Below the pieces are notes generated by a model. That model ran no database searches and was not told where the DNA came from. It saw only the letters and a list, made by a program, of their open reading frames with translations. Both the position numbers and the translations under genes were made by a program. A stretch of DNA of 64,000 bases from the NCBI GenBank assembly GCA_038245905.1, contig JBBRRY010000009.1:1-64000 (forward strand), written 5' to 3'. Source of the DNA: Thermoanaerobaculia bacterium. Lineage in GTDB: Bacteria; Acidobacteriota; Thermoanaerobaculia; UBA5066. Shown here piece after piece: positions 9,301-18,739 of the stretch (its first letter is position 1; each line of letters begins with the position of its first letter).

Positions 9301-11571
9301 GCCTCGCTCCTTCTCGCGCCCGGAGGCTCCGCGCCCGTTACGATAACGGCGAATCCGATTAACGGTTTCGTGGGCACCGTGACCGTCGTTCCGGCGCTCC
9401 CTTCCGGCGTCGACGTGGACCAGAAGTCCTTCGCGCTCGGCCCCGGCGAATCCAGGACCGTCACGGTCTCGGCACTGCCGGGAGCGGCGGCCGGATTCGT
9501 GAGCCTGCTGTTCAACGGCACGTCGCCGGGGCTCGCGCCTCACTCCGTGAGCGTTCCGATCTCGATCCAGACGACGCCGGACTTCACGCTCAACGTCACG
9601 CCCACGGTCATCAATCTCCCGGCCGGCGGCAAGGCGCAGGCGCAGGTCACGCTAATCCCGCTCAACGGGTGGTCGGGCGGCGTGGACGTGACGGTCACGG
9701 GGTCGTCGGGGATCAGCGTCGTCCCGGCATCGTTCCCTCTCCAGCAACGCATCCTGTATCCGATCGAGATCCGCGCCGCGGACGACGCGCCGGCCGGCGC
9801 CGTGACGCTCCTCTTCACGGCGTCGGGCGCGAACGGCGGCGCGGGTGTCACAGTGACGCGGCAGGTGAACGTACGGGTGAGCGTCGGCGCCTCGGACTTC
9901 AACGTCCGGATCACGCCGGCGGCGCCCCAGGTCGCCGCGGGCCGAACCGCGACGCTTTCCTTCGTCCTCGATCCGTCGGGGTCGTTCGCCGGGACCGCCA
10001 CGATCACGCCGCTCGACCTGCCCGCGGGAGCCAGCCTGACGCCGGCTCAGCCGCTCCTGGCCCCGAACGTTCCGCAGGCCGCCACGCTCTCTGTTCCGCG
10101 CGGGACGCGTCCGGGTACGTACACGCTCACGTTCCGGGCGGACGAGACTCCAGGCTCGAACTTGCGCGCGCGGCGTCCCTTGCTGATCTCGAAGACGCTG
10201 ACGTTGCCGCTCGTCGTGCTGCCGCCGACCGGCGGCTTCTCGGTCGTGGCCGTTCCACCCACCGTACTTGCGTCGCCCGGCCAGGCCGTGGCCGTGCGCT
10301 ACGAATTCCGGAATCTCGGAGACGAGCCCCTCGTCATCACGGGCGACACATTCGTCCGGCGCGACCGTAACGGCGCCGTCTTCGACACGACGGAAGAGAC
10401 CGTGGGCCTCGCGCTCCCGCCGCGCGGGACGGCATCGGTCAGCAATACGGTCCTCGCGACCGGCGAACAGTTCGCGAAGTCGGGGATCCCCGCCATCGTC
10501 TTCGAGGACCGCACGTTCCGCGCGACTCCCGATTCGACCGGCTTCGTGGCCACCGCGACGGCGCCCGTGGCCGTGACGGCCGTCAACTCGCTCCTCGCGA
10601 CGACGTCCGTGACCCGCCTCTCCGTCGTTTATCCCCCGTCGGGGACGCTCGTCGGCCGCGGCGACAACCTGCGCGCGCAGGGCGTGATCTTCGGCAGCGG
10701 CACGGGGAACGTCCTCGTGGGCTGGCTCTACGACGGCGTCCTCGTCGAGACGGCCACCGTCCCGCTCCAGAACGGCTCCCCGACCTCGGTCACGAATTCG
10801 GTGAGCCTGCCGACGCTCCTCGCGGGCAACCACGAGATTGCGCTCGCGATCCTCGCTCCCAACACGCTCTCGTCGCCCTCCGTGCAGATTTACGTCGACG
10901 AGGGCCTCACGACGCTTCGTCTCGTCGCGCCGACGGCGGGCGCGGTCTTCGCGCCGGCGTTTTCGGTTCCGACCTTCGCGTGGATCCCGGCGCCGGGCGT
11001 CGCGCGTTACGGCGTGGGCTTGAGGCGGCGGGGAGCTCCCGGAGCGCGCTATCGGTGGGCGTTTACGAGCGACACGTTCTGGGGCCCTCCCGCCGCCTTC
11101 TGGAACGAGCTTCCCGACGGCGACTACGAGTGGGTCGTGCGTGGCTTCACCGCCTCCGGACGGTCGCTTCTGGACCGTCAGATGGGGGGCGCGACGGCGT
11201 CGCCCACGAGCGAAGGCACTCTCGACGTCGCCGACGGCTGGACCGTGACGTCCTCGACCGGCCGCTTCTCGATCGGAGGCGCGGATTCGGCTCTAGCCGA
11301 CCTTGGGGGGCAGTCCTCGGGAGTCGAAGGTGGCGCGCGCTTCACGTGGAAGGAAATCGCCGGCGCTCTCTACATCCACGCGATCTATCTCGAGACCGCC
11401 GAAGGGCCGCACCGCGTGAGAACTGAAATTCTCCCGAAGCCCGGCCTTCTCCTACCTGCCGGGGCGATGCCGAAGGGAGGCCCTCTCCTCTGGCGGGTGA
11501 CGGCGATCGATCGTGACGGCAGGCCGCTGGGCGCGACAGTTCTCGCCGCCGTGCCGGGAGTCGCGCGATGA
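6367..11571 (+). CDS. giant secreted Ig-like repeat surface protein
   Basis: Probable ATG 6367 after GAGGGGG (the ORF track starts at 6331); signal peptide ending ASA-A; ~100-aa repeats starting PDF(T/S)L with NG(F/W)xG; T/V/A/P-rich. Confidence 0.85.
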   Translation: MRRGLGTRSLRAGLLALGAFLLAHEASAAIVLTPNAAALYPTQTVTVTANLSGLPVLAAGTGTLSTTGLAGVSTIPAVITFTKLSRLTVAAATFQIVVAASAVATTGTMVVTDVTFGGGSAPFTVQIVEPTLHLSVTTPTVTLGASTINVNVRVQPDPGFGKNVPASGVPLLFGVDAGAPPANVTAGGAQNETSPFGRTLTFPFSRTGAVTGGSYTVIVAAAWNGTAGPQTATAPMTLLVPDVSVIPAAFPTSVCNGGLASTTNPYAIISNFGYAGTVTTNPVSVPPGVTPVGFPKSYTLAAGQTLQQPFTFQALGAAVGSQIVTASLLDAAAGINKTYSVGITVINPNVTATTTTASISMQAGGASQAFTANTTGPPIICNAFNTVDYTVTGLPAGFTLPGMVSVSPAPGGPYPAANLPISAGAGVVPGSYPANVHFNVTKTGQSGNVPVTVNVSGGPDFTLAASVNPITINQGQTGSTVISLNPLNGFNGAANCTIPAIQSVTPSPNAFAVGVGKPTSVAFTVAANAAPGTYTASVDGTAAGVPGTRSVKVTIVVPPPPDFTLTASVPTLTLAQGGTGKITFTMNALNGWNFPVTLSVPVIPNVTAALTTGTFPGAGGPIDVTFTASAAAPAGTIPVIVSGTNVNVNGSPTTRTANVNILVQPPQDFSLAVSPLTLRLVQGDTGPVTVTLNALNGFTGAASVTAPAPSGVTFSSTSFAVGAGAPATIQVITTPATPVGTSTVTFTATAPGVTGQRTGSFSLTVDPKPDFSLLVQPPGVTLAPLGTTQVTVTVQGSLAGFVDVAAPTTIPGVSFNPLTFSIPVGGSKTFDVTAGAAATGTASGVFIGIAGGGTLQHTASFTVAMSASPDFQVVLAPPTLVLSAGGAGLSNVSIVPINGFGGTFNLTIAPPSGITVTPLSAANVAPNTATVLGVSVAPGLFGVFDVPVSATSTQLPLTRSATLRVTVPAPDYTLTATPASLLLAPGGSAPVTITANPINGFVGTVTVVPALPSGVDVDQKSFALGPGESRTVTVSALPGAAAGFVSLLFNGTSPGLAPHSVSVPISIQTTPDFTLNVTPTVINLPAGGKAQAQVTLIPLNGWSGGVDVTVTGSSGISVVPASFPLQQRILYPIEIRAADDAPAGAVTLLFTASGANGGAGVTVTRQVNVRVSVGASDFNVRITPAAPQVAAGRTATLSFVLDPSGSFAGTATITPLDLPAGASLTPAQPLLAPNVPQAATLSVPRGTRPGTYTLTFRADETPGSNLRARRPLLISKTLTLPLVVLPPTGGFSVVAVPPTVLASPGQAVAVRYEFRNLGDEPLVITGDTFVRRDRNGAVFDTTEETVGLALPPRGTASVSNTVLATGEQFAKSGIPAIVFEDRTFRATPDSTGFVATATAPVAVTAVNSLLATTSVTRLSVVYPPSGTLVGRGDNLRAQGVIFGSGTGNVLVGWLYDGVLVETATVPLQNGSPTSVTNSVSLPTLLAGNHEIALAILAPNTLSSPSVQIYVDEGLTTLRLVAPTAGAVFAPAFSVPTFAWIPAPGVARYGVGLRRRGAPGARYRWAFTSDTFWGPPAAFWNELPDGDYEWVVRGFTASGRSLLDRQMGGATASPTSEGTLDVADGWTVTSSTGRFSIGGADSALADLGGQSSGVEGGARFTWKEIAGALYIHAIYLETAEGPHRVRTEILPKPGLLLPAGAMPKGGPLLWRVTAIDRDGRPLGATVLAAVPGVAR

Positions 11572-13658
11572 AATGGTGCGCCCCGTCTTTCGCCGCCTGC
11601 CGCGCCGTCTCTCTCGCCGTCTCTCTCGCCGTCGGCTTGGCGGCGAGCGCTCAGGTGCCATCCGCGGCTCCTTCCGAGGCCCCGGCGACGAAAGCTCCGC
11701 CACCCGGCTTCACGAACGTGACGCCGCTCGGGGAGACGCCGGAGCGCCTGCCGGTCCTGACGTTCCAGCCCGCGGCCCACGATTTCAAGCTCACCTCGTT
11801 CGCGATCGACGGCGTCCTCGTAACGCAGCTCGTGACGGCAGACGGTGGTCTGTACCGCTATCAGACGGTCGCGAACCTCTCCGGCGGAGACCACGTCGCG
11901 TCCGTCGAATATGCCGCGGGCGGCTCCTCGTCCTCCGCGGCCTGGTCGTTTCGGACGGCGCTCCCGCCACCGCGTCCGGAAGCGGCCTTTGGCTGGTCGT
12001 TCTCCGGCGAGATCGCGCGCACGCATGGCGAGCCGGTCGACCGCGAGGGAGAGACCACGAACCAGACGAACTTCACCGGGGCGCCGCATTTCGAGGGCTC
12101 GATCACGGACTCCGGGTCCGGAGTCCAGACGTCCTTCAACGGCACGCTCGCCCAGAACATCGACCCGAAGAATCTGCCGCCGCACGTCTCGCCGCCCGCG
12201 GTCGTCGTGAACGCGAAGGCCGGCATCGTGTCGGGCTCTCTCGGGAACGGGCCGGCCGAGACGTTCGCGCCGTCGACGCTCATTCAGACCTCCTCCACGC
12301 GGCGGGGAGTCGAAATCGGGCTCGACCTGAAGCAGTTCTCGCTGCGCGCCTTCGGGAACATCGACGACGGCCTTCCTTCCGCCAGCGGCGTGAACGAGTT
12401 CCGCCAGAACCTCTATGGTGTCTCGCTGATGCCGCATCTCGGAACGGACCGTGTGAAGCTTCGCCTGCTCTACCAGTATGTCGAGGACGTTCACGATCCG
12501 CTCTATCGCGTGCCTCCGTCCCTTCTCCCGAACTTCGGTGAGGCGGGTGCCGGCGCTCCCGGGCTCGGCGCCACCGGGACGCAGCCTCCGGCGCAGCCCG
12601 CGTACTTCGGCTCGGCGCCGAAGAAGGGGAACCTCCTTTCCTTCCAGGCGGAATTCGGTCTCGCGCCGTCCATCGGAGCGGTCCTGAAGGCCGAGGTCGT
12701 GCGCAGCGCGTTCACGAGTGACACGACGAAGAATCCTCTCTCCGCCGACTGGGCGTACGCCGTCGGGATCGCAATGGCCCCCGCCGGCTTCAACGTGACG
12801 GCCGGTGTGCGGCTCGTGAGCGACGGCTTCGGCGCTCCGGCGAACCCGGCTCTCACGGCGGGGCGCACGGTTTACGACGCCGCCCTGTCGCGTTCGTTCG
12901 GCGCGCTTTCGCTCTCGGCGAACTACGCGCACACGGGCGACTCCGGCGCCGCGGGAAGCGCCGTCTCGGGGTTCGCGACGCCGTCGGGTCACGCTGATGC
13001 GGTCGCTCTCACCGGCTCCTACAGTTTCGCTGCGAGCCACACGTCGCTCTCGGTCTCGGCCCAGCAGAACAGCGCCGAGTCGGCCGGGTCGACGAATCGG
13101 GCGACGAATCTCAACGTGTCGATCGCCCAGCCGGTCGGTGCTTTCCAGTTCTCGCTCGGCCTCATCGGAGGCCTCCAGAACACCGACGGCCTGTCGACGA
13201 GCGAATCGGAAACTCGCGGGGCGACGCTCGGGTTGTCACGTCAGGGCGGAATTCTGTCTCTCCAGACGAGCGGCGGCGTGAACCAGTCGAAGAACCGCCT
13301 TACGGGCGATCTCACGACGAGCTGGAACGCGATGCTCACGCCCGACGTCGCGCTCTTCAAACGCGCCGTGAATTTGACCCCGATCGGCTCCTACACGCGC
13401 CAGGTGACGTCGGCCCACGCGGGGGATTCGGACTCGTGGTCGTGGGGCGGCCGGCTCACGCTCCGGACGTGGGGCTCCTGGCGGGGATTCGCCGTTTGGA
13501 GCCAGTATCTCGAAACGGCCATGGCGTCGCAGGTCGAGGGAAGTCCGATCGTCCGCGACCGGAGGTTCGGTGCCGGCGTCGCCATCCTGTTCGGCGGCGG
13601 CTCGCTGAGCTCGTCCGTCGCGCAGCAGATGGTGTCGCCGCAGCTGGGACTCCGTTGA
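11568..13658 (+). CDS. secreted protein, predicted outer-membrane beta-barrel with N-terminal Ig-like domain
   Basis: ATGA overlap with the giant gene; signal peptide; alternating amphipathic strands rich in G/S/Y/F/W. Confidence 0.7.
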   Translation: MKWCAPSFAACRAVSLAVSLAVGLAASAQVPSAAPSEAPATKAPPPGFTNVTPLGETPERLPVLTFQPAAHDFKLTSFAIDGVLVTQLVTADGGLYRYQTVANLSGGDHVASVEYAAGGSSSSAAWSFRTALPPPRPEAAFGWSFSGEIARTHGEPVDREGETTNQTNFTGAPHFEGSITDSGSGVQTSFNGTLAQNIDPKNLPPHVSPPAVVVNAKAGIVSGSLGNGPAETFAPSTLIQTSSTRRGVEIGLDLKQFSLRAFGNIDDGLPSASGVNEFRQNLYGVSLMPHLGTDRVKLRLLYQYVEDVHDPLYRVPPSLLPNFGEAGAGAPGLGATGTQPPAQPAYFGSAPKKGNLLSFQAEFGLAPSIGAVLKAEVVRSAFTSDTTKNPLSADWAYAVGIAMAPAGFNVTAGVRLVSDGFGAPANPALTAGRTVYDAALSRSFGALSLSANYAHTGDSGAAGSAVSGFATPSGHADAVALTGSYSFAASHTSLSVSAQQNSAESAGSTNRATNLNVSIAQPVGAFQFSLGLIGGLQNTDGLSTSESETRGATLGLSRQGGILSLQTSGGVNQSKNRLTGDLTTSWNAMLTPDVALFKRAVNLTPIGSYTRQVTSAHAGDSDSWSWGGRLTLRTWGSWRGFAVWSQYLETAMASQVEGSPIVRDRRFGAGVAILFGGGSLSSSVAQQMVSPQLGLR

Positions 13659-13697
13659 CCCGGTGAAGCGCGCGCGGGCCTGTATCATTTCGGCCTC

Positions 13698-14126
13698 GTG
13701 ATCGAGCGCGTCGACTGGCATCGCTATTTCATGAATATCGCCGGAGAGGTGGCGAGCCGGGCCACGTGTCCCCGCAAGCACGTCGGCGCGGTGGTCGTGC
13801 GCGACAAGCGGCTCCTCTCCACGGGATACAACGGTTCGCTCCGCGGCCTGCCGCATTGCGACGAGGCGGGTTGCCTCATGGAGGACGGCCACTGCATCGC
13901 GACCGTCCACGCCGAGGCAAATGCGATTCTTCAGGCTGCGCTGAACGGCGTCCGCATCGAGGGAGGCGAGATCTATACGACGGCGTCGCCCTGCTGGAAC
14001 TGCTTCAAGCTCATCGCGAACGCAGGCCTCGTCGCCGTCTATTTCGGCGAGTTCTACAGAGAGCCGCGAATTCACGACTACGCCGACCGCGTGGGCATTC
14101 GCCTCACCGACCTGTCGGTTCGCTAG
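13698..14126 (+). CDS. dCMP deaminase / ComEB family zinc deaminase
   Basis: RATCPR..VGA, TGYNG, HAEANA and SPCWNC motifs. Confidence 0.93.
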   Translation: MIERVDWHRYFMNIAGEVASRATCPRKHVGAVVVRDKRLLSTGYNGSLRGLPHCDEAGCLMEDGHCIATVHAEANAILQAALNGVRIEGGEIYTTASPCWNCFKLIANAGLVAVYFGEFYREPRIHDYADRVGIRLTDLSVR

Positions 14127-14812
14127 GTCCCCGAACTGCTCCTGCGCGCGTCTCGGTCGAGAAATTCTTCGATGAGGCGGCTCGCGTTTTGCGGAAGGCG
14201 GAAGAAGCGCGCGCCGAAGCCGGGCTCCGGGGAGTCCGTGCGCCGGACGACGATCACCTCGCCGGTTACGGTCTTTCCCGTCCGGTCGTGGGGGAGCTTG
14301 AAGCTGATCTCGAGGCGCGCGCCGACGGGTTGAGGCTCGCTCGTGGCCGTGAAGAAGCCCGACGAGGAGAGGTCGGTCAGACGCCCCTCGGTGGGGCGCC
14401 CGTCCCGCCAGAACGCCACGGGCGAATCGACCGTCACGCGCGGAGCGGCGCGCGCGAGCAGGTCGAGGAGCCGTTCGACCTCGGCGAGGACGGTCTCCGG
14501 GGCGGCTTCGGCCGTGAAGACGTGGCCGGCGCCGGCGCGGATGGCCTCGCTGGCACGCTCCGGCGGCACCAGGACGAGGAGGGGGATGTCACGTCCCGCG
14601 GGATCGGCGCGCAAGGCGCGAATGGCCTCGAGCGCGGCTTCCGGATTCCGCTCGAAATCCACGATGACGAGAGCCGGAGGATTGGCGGCGACGGCCTGCA
14701 GTGCCTCGTCCGCCGTGGCGGCGTCCCGAAGCGACCAGTCGCTGCGCCGGAGCCACGTCGGCTCGCCGGGCAGGCGCCCCCGGGCACCGTCGAGAAGAAG
14801 AATCGTCGGCAT
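14123..14812 (-). CDS. atypical receiver domain plus PilZ domain protein
   Basis: REC-like N-terminus; PilZ motifs RAAPR (RxxxR) and DLSSSG (DxSxxG). Confidence 0.85.
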   Translation of the reverse strand: MPTILLLDGARGRLPGEPTWLRRSDWSLRDAATADEALQAVAANPPALVIVDFERNPEAALEAIRALRADPAGRDIPLLVLVPPERASEAIRAGAGHVFTAEAAPETVLAEVERLLDLLARAAPRVTVDSPVAFWRDGRPTEGRLTDLSSSGFFTATSEPQPVGARLEISFKLPHDRTGKTVTGEVIVVRRTDSPEPGFGARFFRLPQNASRLIEEFLDRDARRSSSGT

Positions 14813-14852
14813 GAGCGCGGCTGAGAAAGGCTCGCAATGCGAGTTTACCGCG

Positions 14853-16742
14853 TCACCACGTCAGATTGAACCCGCCGAAGAGGGTGCGGCGCGGGAGCGG
14901 GACACCGGGGACCTCTTCGTAGCGCACATTGCCGAGGTTTTCGCCGTCCACGAAGAACTCGAGGATGCGCCCCTGATAGGCCTGCCAGGAGAGCCGCGCC
15001 GAGACGAGCCAGACGCCGTCTTCGAAGCTCGGGCGCGCGAAATACGAAAGGCGCGACGTGGCGACGAGCTGCAACGGGAGAGCGATGCCCGCGGAGACGT
15101 CCCATTTCACGTGCAGCGGGTCGAGCACGTACTTCCCCTGGGTCGCGCCGTCGGTCGCCGCCGAAAGGCTCGCGAGGTCGGTGAACGTGTACGCCGCCTG
15201 TACGCGAAACTGCGTCAGGAACGCGGGCCGCTCCCGCGACCAGTCGAGGGAGGCCTCGATGCCGTCCGTGACCGCCTCGCGGACGTTTCGGGCGCGCCAG
15301 GGCTCGCTCCCGGACGAGCGCACGAAGTCGATGAGATCGGTCGCGTGCCGGTGGAACCAGGCCGCGTCGAACGTGACCGCCCCAGCGACGATCGAAGCGC
15401 CCGCTTCGACGTTCCAGGCTTTCTCGGGGAGCAGGTCCGCATTGCCGACGTTCTGGGGGTCCACGTAATAGAGCTCGGTGAACGAGGGGACGCGAAAGCT
15501 CGTGCCGAACGAGGCTCGAAGCGTCAAGCGGGGCAGCACTTCGCGGGAAATCCCGGCGTAGGGCGAAAGCCGCGACCCGTATCCTTCGTACGCGTCGGCG
15601 CGCAGTCCGCCCCGGAGTCCGCCGGACGCTTCCGCGCCGCCCCAAGCGTGCGCGAGCTCCGCGAAGACCGCACCGTGATTCCGGCCGTGACTTCCGAGAT
15701 TCGTCGACGCGATGGTCTCGCGGCCGGCCTCAACGCCGAACGCGAGCGTGCCGCCGAAGAGCGCGTGCCGCGCGGCGGCGCGGAACAGCCCGGCGAGCGT
15801 GTCGTGGAGATTCTCGTAGAAGGCCGGATTGGTTCTTTCGAGAACGAAGTCGTCGTGGTGGGCGCGCACGAACGCGGACGGCATCAGCGTCCATCCGCCG
15901 AGGGCCAACGTGGAGGAAAGGGTGGCCGTGCGAGTGCGCGTCGATTCCTGCTGGTTCGGATAAGCGGTCCCGTAGTAGCCATAGGCGCCGAATGCGCGGC
16001 TCGCGTAACCGAGGCCGAGCGTCACGGGGCCAAGGCCCGAGTCCCAGCGTCCGGACACGCGCAGGAGAGAGGACGCGGATTCCGTGTCGTCCCGGAAACC
16101 CGAGCTCTCCGTCCGAAACCAGTCGACGGCCGCCGAGATGGACTCGGTGACGCGCATCGCCGCGCGGTATCCGCCGGCGTCGAGAGAGTCGCTGCCGTGC
16201 CCGTAGCGCGTCTCGCACTGCATGTTCGCGCGTCCCATCTCGGCTCCGCGCGTCACGATGTTCACGACACCGCCAACGGCGTTCGAGCCCCACAGCGAAG
16301 AGCCCCCGCCCGACAGGACCTCGATCCGGTCGACGGCGTACAGCGGCACGTCGAGGTCCGCCGAGAGATGCCCGCTCTGGGGATCCGTCGCCGGCTGCCC
16401 GTCGACGAGGATGAGGGTGCCGTTGAAATCCGAGCCCCGGATCCCGATGTCGGCCTGCGCGCCGTTCAGGCCACGACGCCTCACGTCGAACCCGACGATC
16501 GTCGCGAGCACGTCGGGCAGCGCGCGGACTCCCGGCATCGCGGCGATCTCCTCGCGCGTGACGACGCGGACGGTCGCGGATGACGGAGCCTCGTCGAGGC
16601 GCGTCGCGACCGCCACGACGGCGACTTCCTGTTTCACGCCCATTGCCTTCGCCATGGTCGGGTCGGGTGGAGGCACCTCCTGCCCGGAGAGCGGTCGCGC
16701 GAGAGCCAGGGCAGTCAGCGTGAGAAGGAGGATGGGCCTCAC
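14853..16742 (-). CDS. TonB-dependent receptor
   Basis: Plug domain IRGS...LILVDG...DRIEVLSGGGSSLWGSNAVGGVVNIVT; GNADLLPEKA; C-terminal FNLTW. Confidence 0.93.
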   Translation of the reverse strand: MRPILLLTLTALALARPLSGQEVPPPDPTMAKAMGVKQEVAVVAVATRLDEAPSSATVRVVTREEIAAMPGVRALPDVLATIVGFDVRRRGLNGAQADIGIRGSDFNGTLILVDGQPATDPQSGHLSADLDVPLYAVDRIEVLSGGGSSLWGSNAVGGVVNIVTRGAEMGRANMQCETRYGHGSDSLDAGGYRAAMRVTESISAAVDWFRTESSGFRDDTESASSLLRVSGRWDSGLGPVTLGLGYASRAFGAYGYYGTAYPNQQESTRTRTATLSSTLALGGWTLMPSAFVRAHHDDFVLERTNPAFYENLHDTLAGLFRAAARHALFGGTLAFGVEAGRETIASTNLGSHGRNHGAVFAELAHAWGGAEASGGLRGGLRADAYEGYGSRLSPYAGISREVLPRLTLRASFGTSFRVPSFTELYYVDPQNVGNADLLPEKAWNVEAGASIVAGAVTFDAAWFHRHATDLIDFVRSSGSEPWRARNVREAVTDGIEASLDWSRERPAFLTQFRVQAAYTFTDLASLSAATDGATQGKYVLDPLHVKWDVSAGIALPLQLVATSRLSYFARPSFEDGVWLVSARLSWQAYQGRILEFFVDGENLGNVRYEEVPGVPLPRRTLFGGFNLTW

Positions 16743-16788
16743 CGGCGGGAGGATAGCGGAAGGGCAAGCGGGTTAAAGTCGCGCGCCC

Positions 16789-17931
16789 ATGGACACGCTC
16801 ACGCACGGCCTCGCGGGCGCCCTTCTCGCCCGCTCCCTCCCGTCCACTGGAGACGAAGATCTCGACCGCTCGCTCGCGAGGCGCGAGGTGTGGGCCGGGT
16901 TTCTCGCGGCCATGTTCCCCGACGCCGACGTTTTCGTGTCGCCCTTCTCCGCCGAGTTCTACATCACGCAGCACCGCGCGCTGACGCATTCGTTCGTGAC
17001 GCTTCCGGCCTGGATCGTGGTGCTCACGGCTCTCGCGGCGCTCCGGCTGTCGCCGGGGCTCGGCCCGCCGGGATCCGCGTCCCGCCGGGTCGCGCTGTGG
17101 CGTCTCGGCGCGGTCGTCGGGCTGGCCCTCGTGTCGCATATCCTCCTCGACTGGATCACGTCCTGGGGCACGATGTTCCTTTCACCACTGTCGTGGACGC
17201 GGTACACGCTCGACTGGACTTTTATCGTCGACCTGGCGCTGTCGGGCGTTCTCGCGCTCGGCCTCGTCGGTGTTCATGTCGTCTCGAGACGTTCGTTCCC
17301 GCGCTCGCGGATCGCGGCGCGGGCGGGCCTTCTCGCGGCGGCCGCGTACGTGGGGCTGTGCGCGGTCCGGCATGGAGAGGCTCTCCGCCTTGTAGAGGCG
17401 CTCGCGGCGGGGGCCGCGCGCCGGGCCGCCATTCCCCAGCCGGGATCGCCGGACCGCTGGCTCCTGCTCTCCGAGGATGGGTCTGCCGTGACGGCCACGT
17501 TCGTGGATCTCGGAAAGCGCGGCCGGGAGAGGGCACGCGCGCCGGATGCCGAGGAGCTGGCGCGCACGGGGTTCCGGACGGGCCTCCTGAATCTCGTCCG
17601 TCACCTCGGCGGCGTCTACCGTTCGCGTGACGACCTCGCGCCCCGCGTGATCGAGAAGACGAACGGCCCGTTTGCGGAGCGCGCCCTCGAAAGCGGTATC
17701 GCCGGCGTGTTCGGCCGCTTCGCCCGATTTCCGGCCGCGCGCGAGGAGGCGAAGGGCCGCGACGTGCAGGTCCTCGTCAGGGACGTACGCTTCGGTTACC
17801 TTTCCCACGAGGTCGATCCGTTCACGTACCTGGTCCGCTACTCGGCAGACGGGACCGTTCTCTTCGCGGGTTTTCCGTCGTCGCGTTGGACCCAGGCCGC
17901 CCCGGGCGGCCCGCTCGGGCGCGCGCGATAG
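16789..17931 (+). CDS. metal-dependent hydrolase, YdjM/DUF457 family inner-membrane protein
   Basis: MDTLTHGL, PDAD, HRALTHS, SHILLD..TSWGT motifs. Confidence 0.88.
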   Translation: MDTLTHGLAGALLARSLPSTGDEDLDRSLARREVWAGFLAAMFPDADVFVSPFSAEFYITQHRALTHSFVTLPAWIVVLTALAALRLSPGLGPPGSASRRVALWRLGAVVGLALVSHILLDWITSWGTMFLSPLSWTRYTLDWTFIVDLALSGVLALGLVGVHVVSRRSFPRSRIAARAGLLAAAAYVGLCAVRHGEALRLVEALAAGAARRAAIPQPGSPDRWLLLSEDGSAVTATFVDLGKRGRERARAPDAEELARTGFRTGLLNLVRHLGGVYRSRDDLAPRVIEKTNGPFAERALESGIAGVFGRFARFPAAREEAKGRDVQVLVRDVRFGYLSHEVDPFTYLVRYSADGTVLFAGFPSSRWTQAAPGGPLGRAR

Positions 17932-17951
17932 GAAGCTCACGTAGGTTCACG

Positions 17952-18722
17952 ATGTCCCGCCAGCCCATACTCTTCATCGGCCACGGTTCGCCCATGAACG
18001 CGATCGAGGACAATCTCTGGAGCCGCGGCCACGCCGCGCTCGCGCGCCTCGTCCCGCGTCCACGCGCGGTCCTCACGGTGTCGGCGCACTGGGAGTCGGA
18101 CGGCACGTTCACGACCCTCGACGACCCGCCGTCGACGATCCACGACTTCGGCGGCTTCCCGCCCGAGCTCTTTGCGATGCAGTATCCGGCGCGCGGTGAC
18201 GCGGTGCTTGCGATGCGGGCCGCAAGTCTGGCGGGCGGCTCCGCGGCGGACGGCCGCGGTCTCGACCACGGGACGTGGTCCGTCCTCCACCGGATGTACC
18301 CGGCCGCGGACGTGCCCGTCGTGCAGCTCTCGCTGGACGTCCGCGCGAGTGCGGCCGAACACCTCGCGCTCGGCCGCGCGCTCGCTCCCTTGCGCGACGA
18401 GGGCGTGCTGATTCTCGCGAGCGGCAACCTCACGCACGACCTTAGGGACGCCTTCGGCCGGATGCGCCGCGCCGATTTGACGACGCCCGACTGGGCCGCG
18501 CGCTTCGACGCGGACGTCGCGCGCGCCCTCGAGGCGCGTGACGAACCGTGGCTCGTCCGGGCGCTCGACACGCCGGATGGCCGGCGCGCGCACCCGACGG
18601 CCGAGCACTGGCTCCCGATCCTTTACGCGGCGGGCGCCGCGGATGCCGCGGACGCCGTGAGCTTCCCGCTCGCGGGCTTCGACCTCGGCTCCCTCTCGAT
18701 GCGCTGTGTCCTGTTCGCCTGA
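17952..18722 (+). CDS. ygiD: extradiol ring-cleavage dioxygenase (4,5-DOPA dioxygenase type)
   Basis: FIGHGSPMNA, SAHW, HDFGGFP, GLDHGTW, SGNLTH, AHPTAEHWLP. Confidence 0.9.
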   Translation: MSRQPILFIGHGSPMNAIEDNLWSRGHAALARLVPRPRAVLTVSAHWESDGTFTTLDDPPSTIHDFGGFPPELFAMQYPARGDAVLAMRAASLAGGSAADGRGLDHGTWSVLHRMYPAADVPVVQLSLDVRASAAEHLALGRALAPLRDEGVLILASGNLTHDLRDAFGRMRRADLTTPDWAARFDADVARALEARDEPWLVRALDTPDGRRAHPTAEHWLPILYAAGAADAADAVSFPLAGFDLGSLSMRCVLFA

Positions 18723-18739
18723 GCCGGGCGGCCTCGCCG

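Noticed and set aside
11603-11633. 12-bp tandem repeat (AVSL x2.6)
   Set aside because: In-frame micro-duplication within a signal peptide; no sign of wider significance
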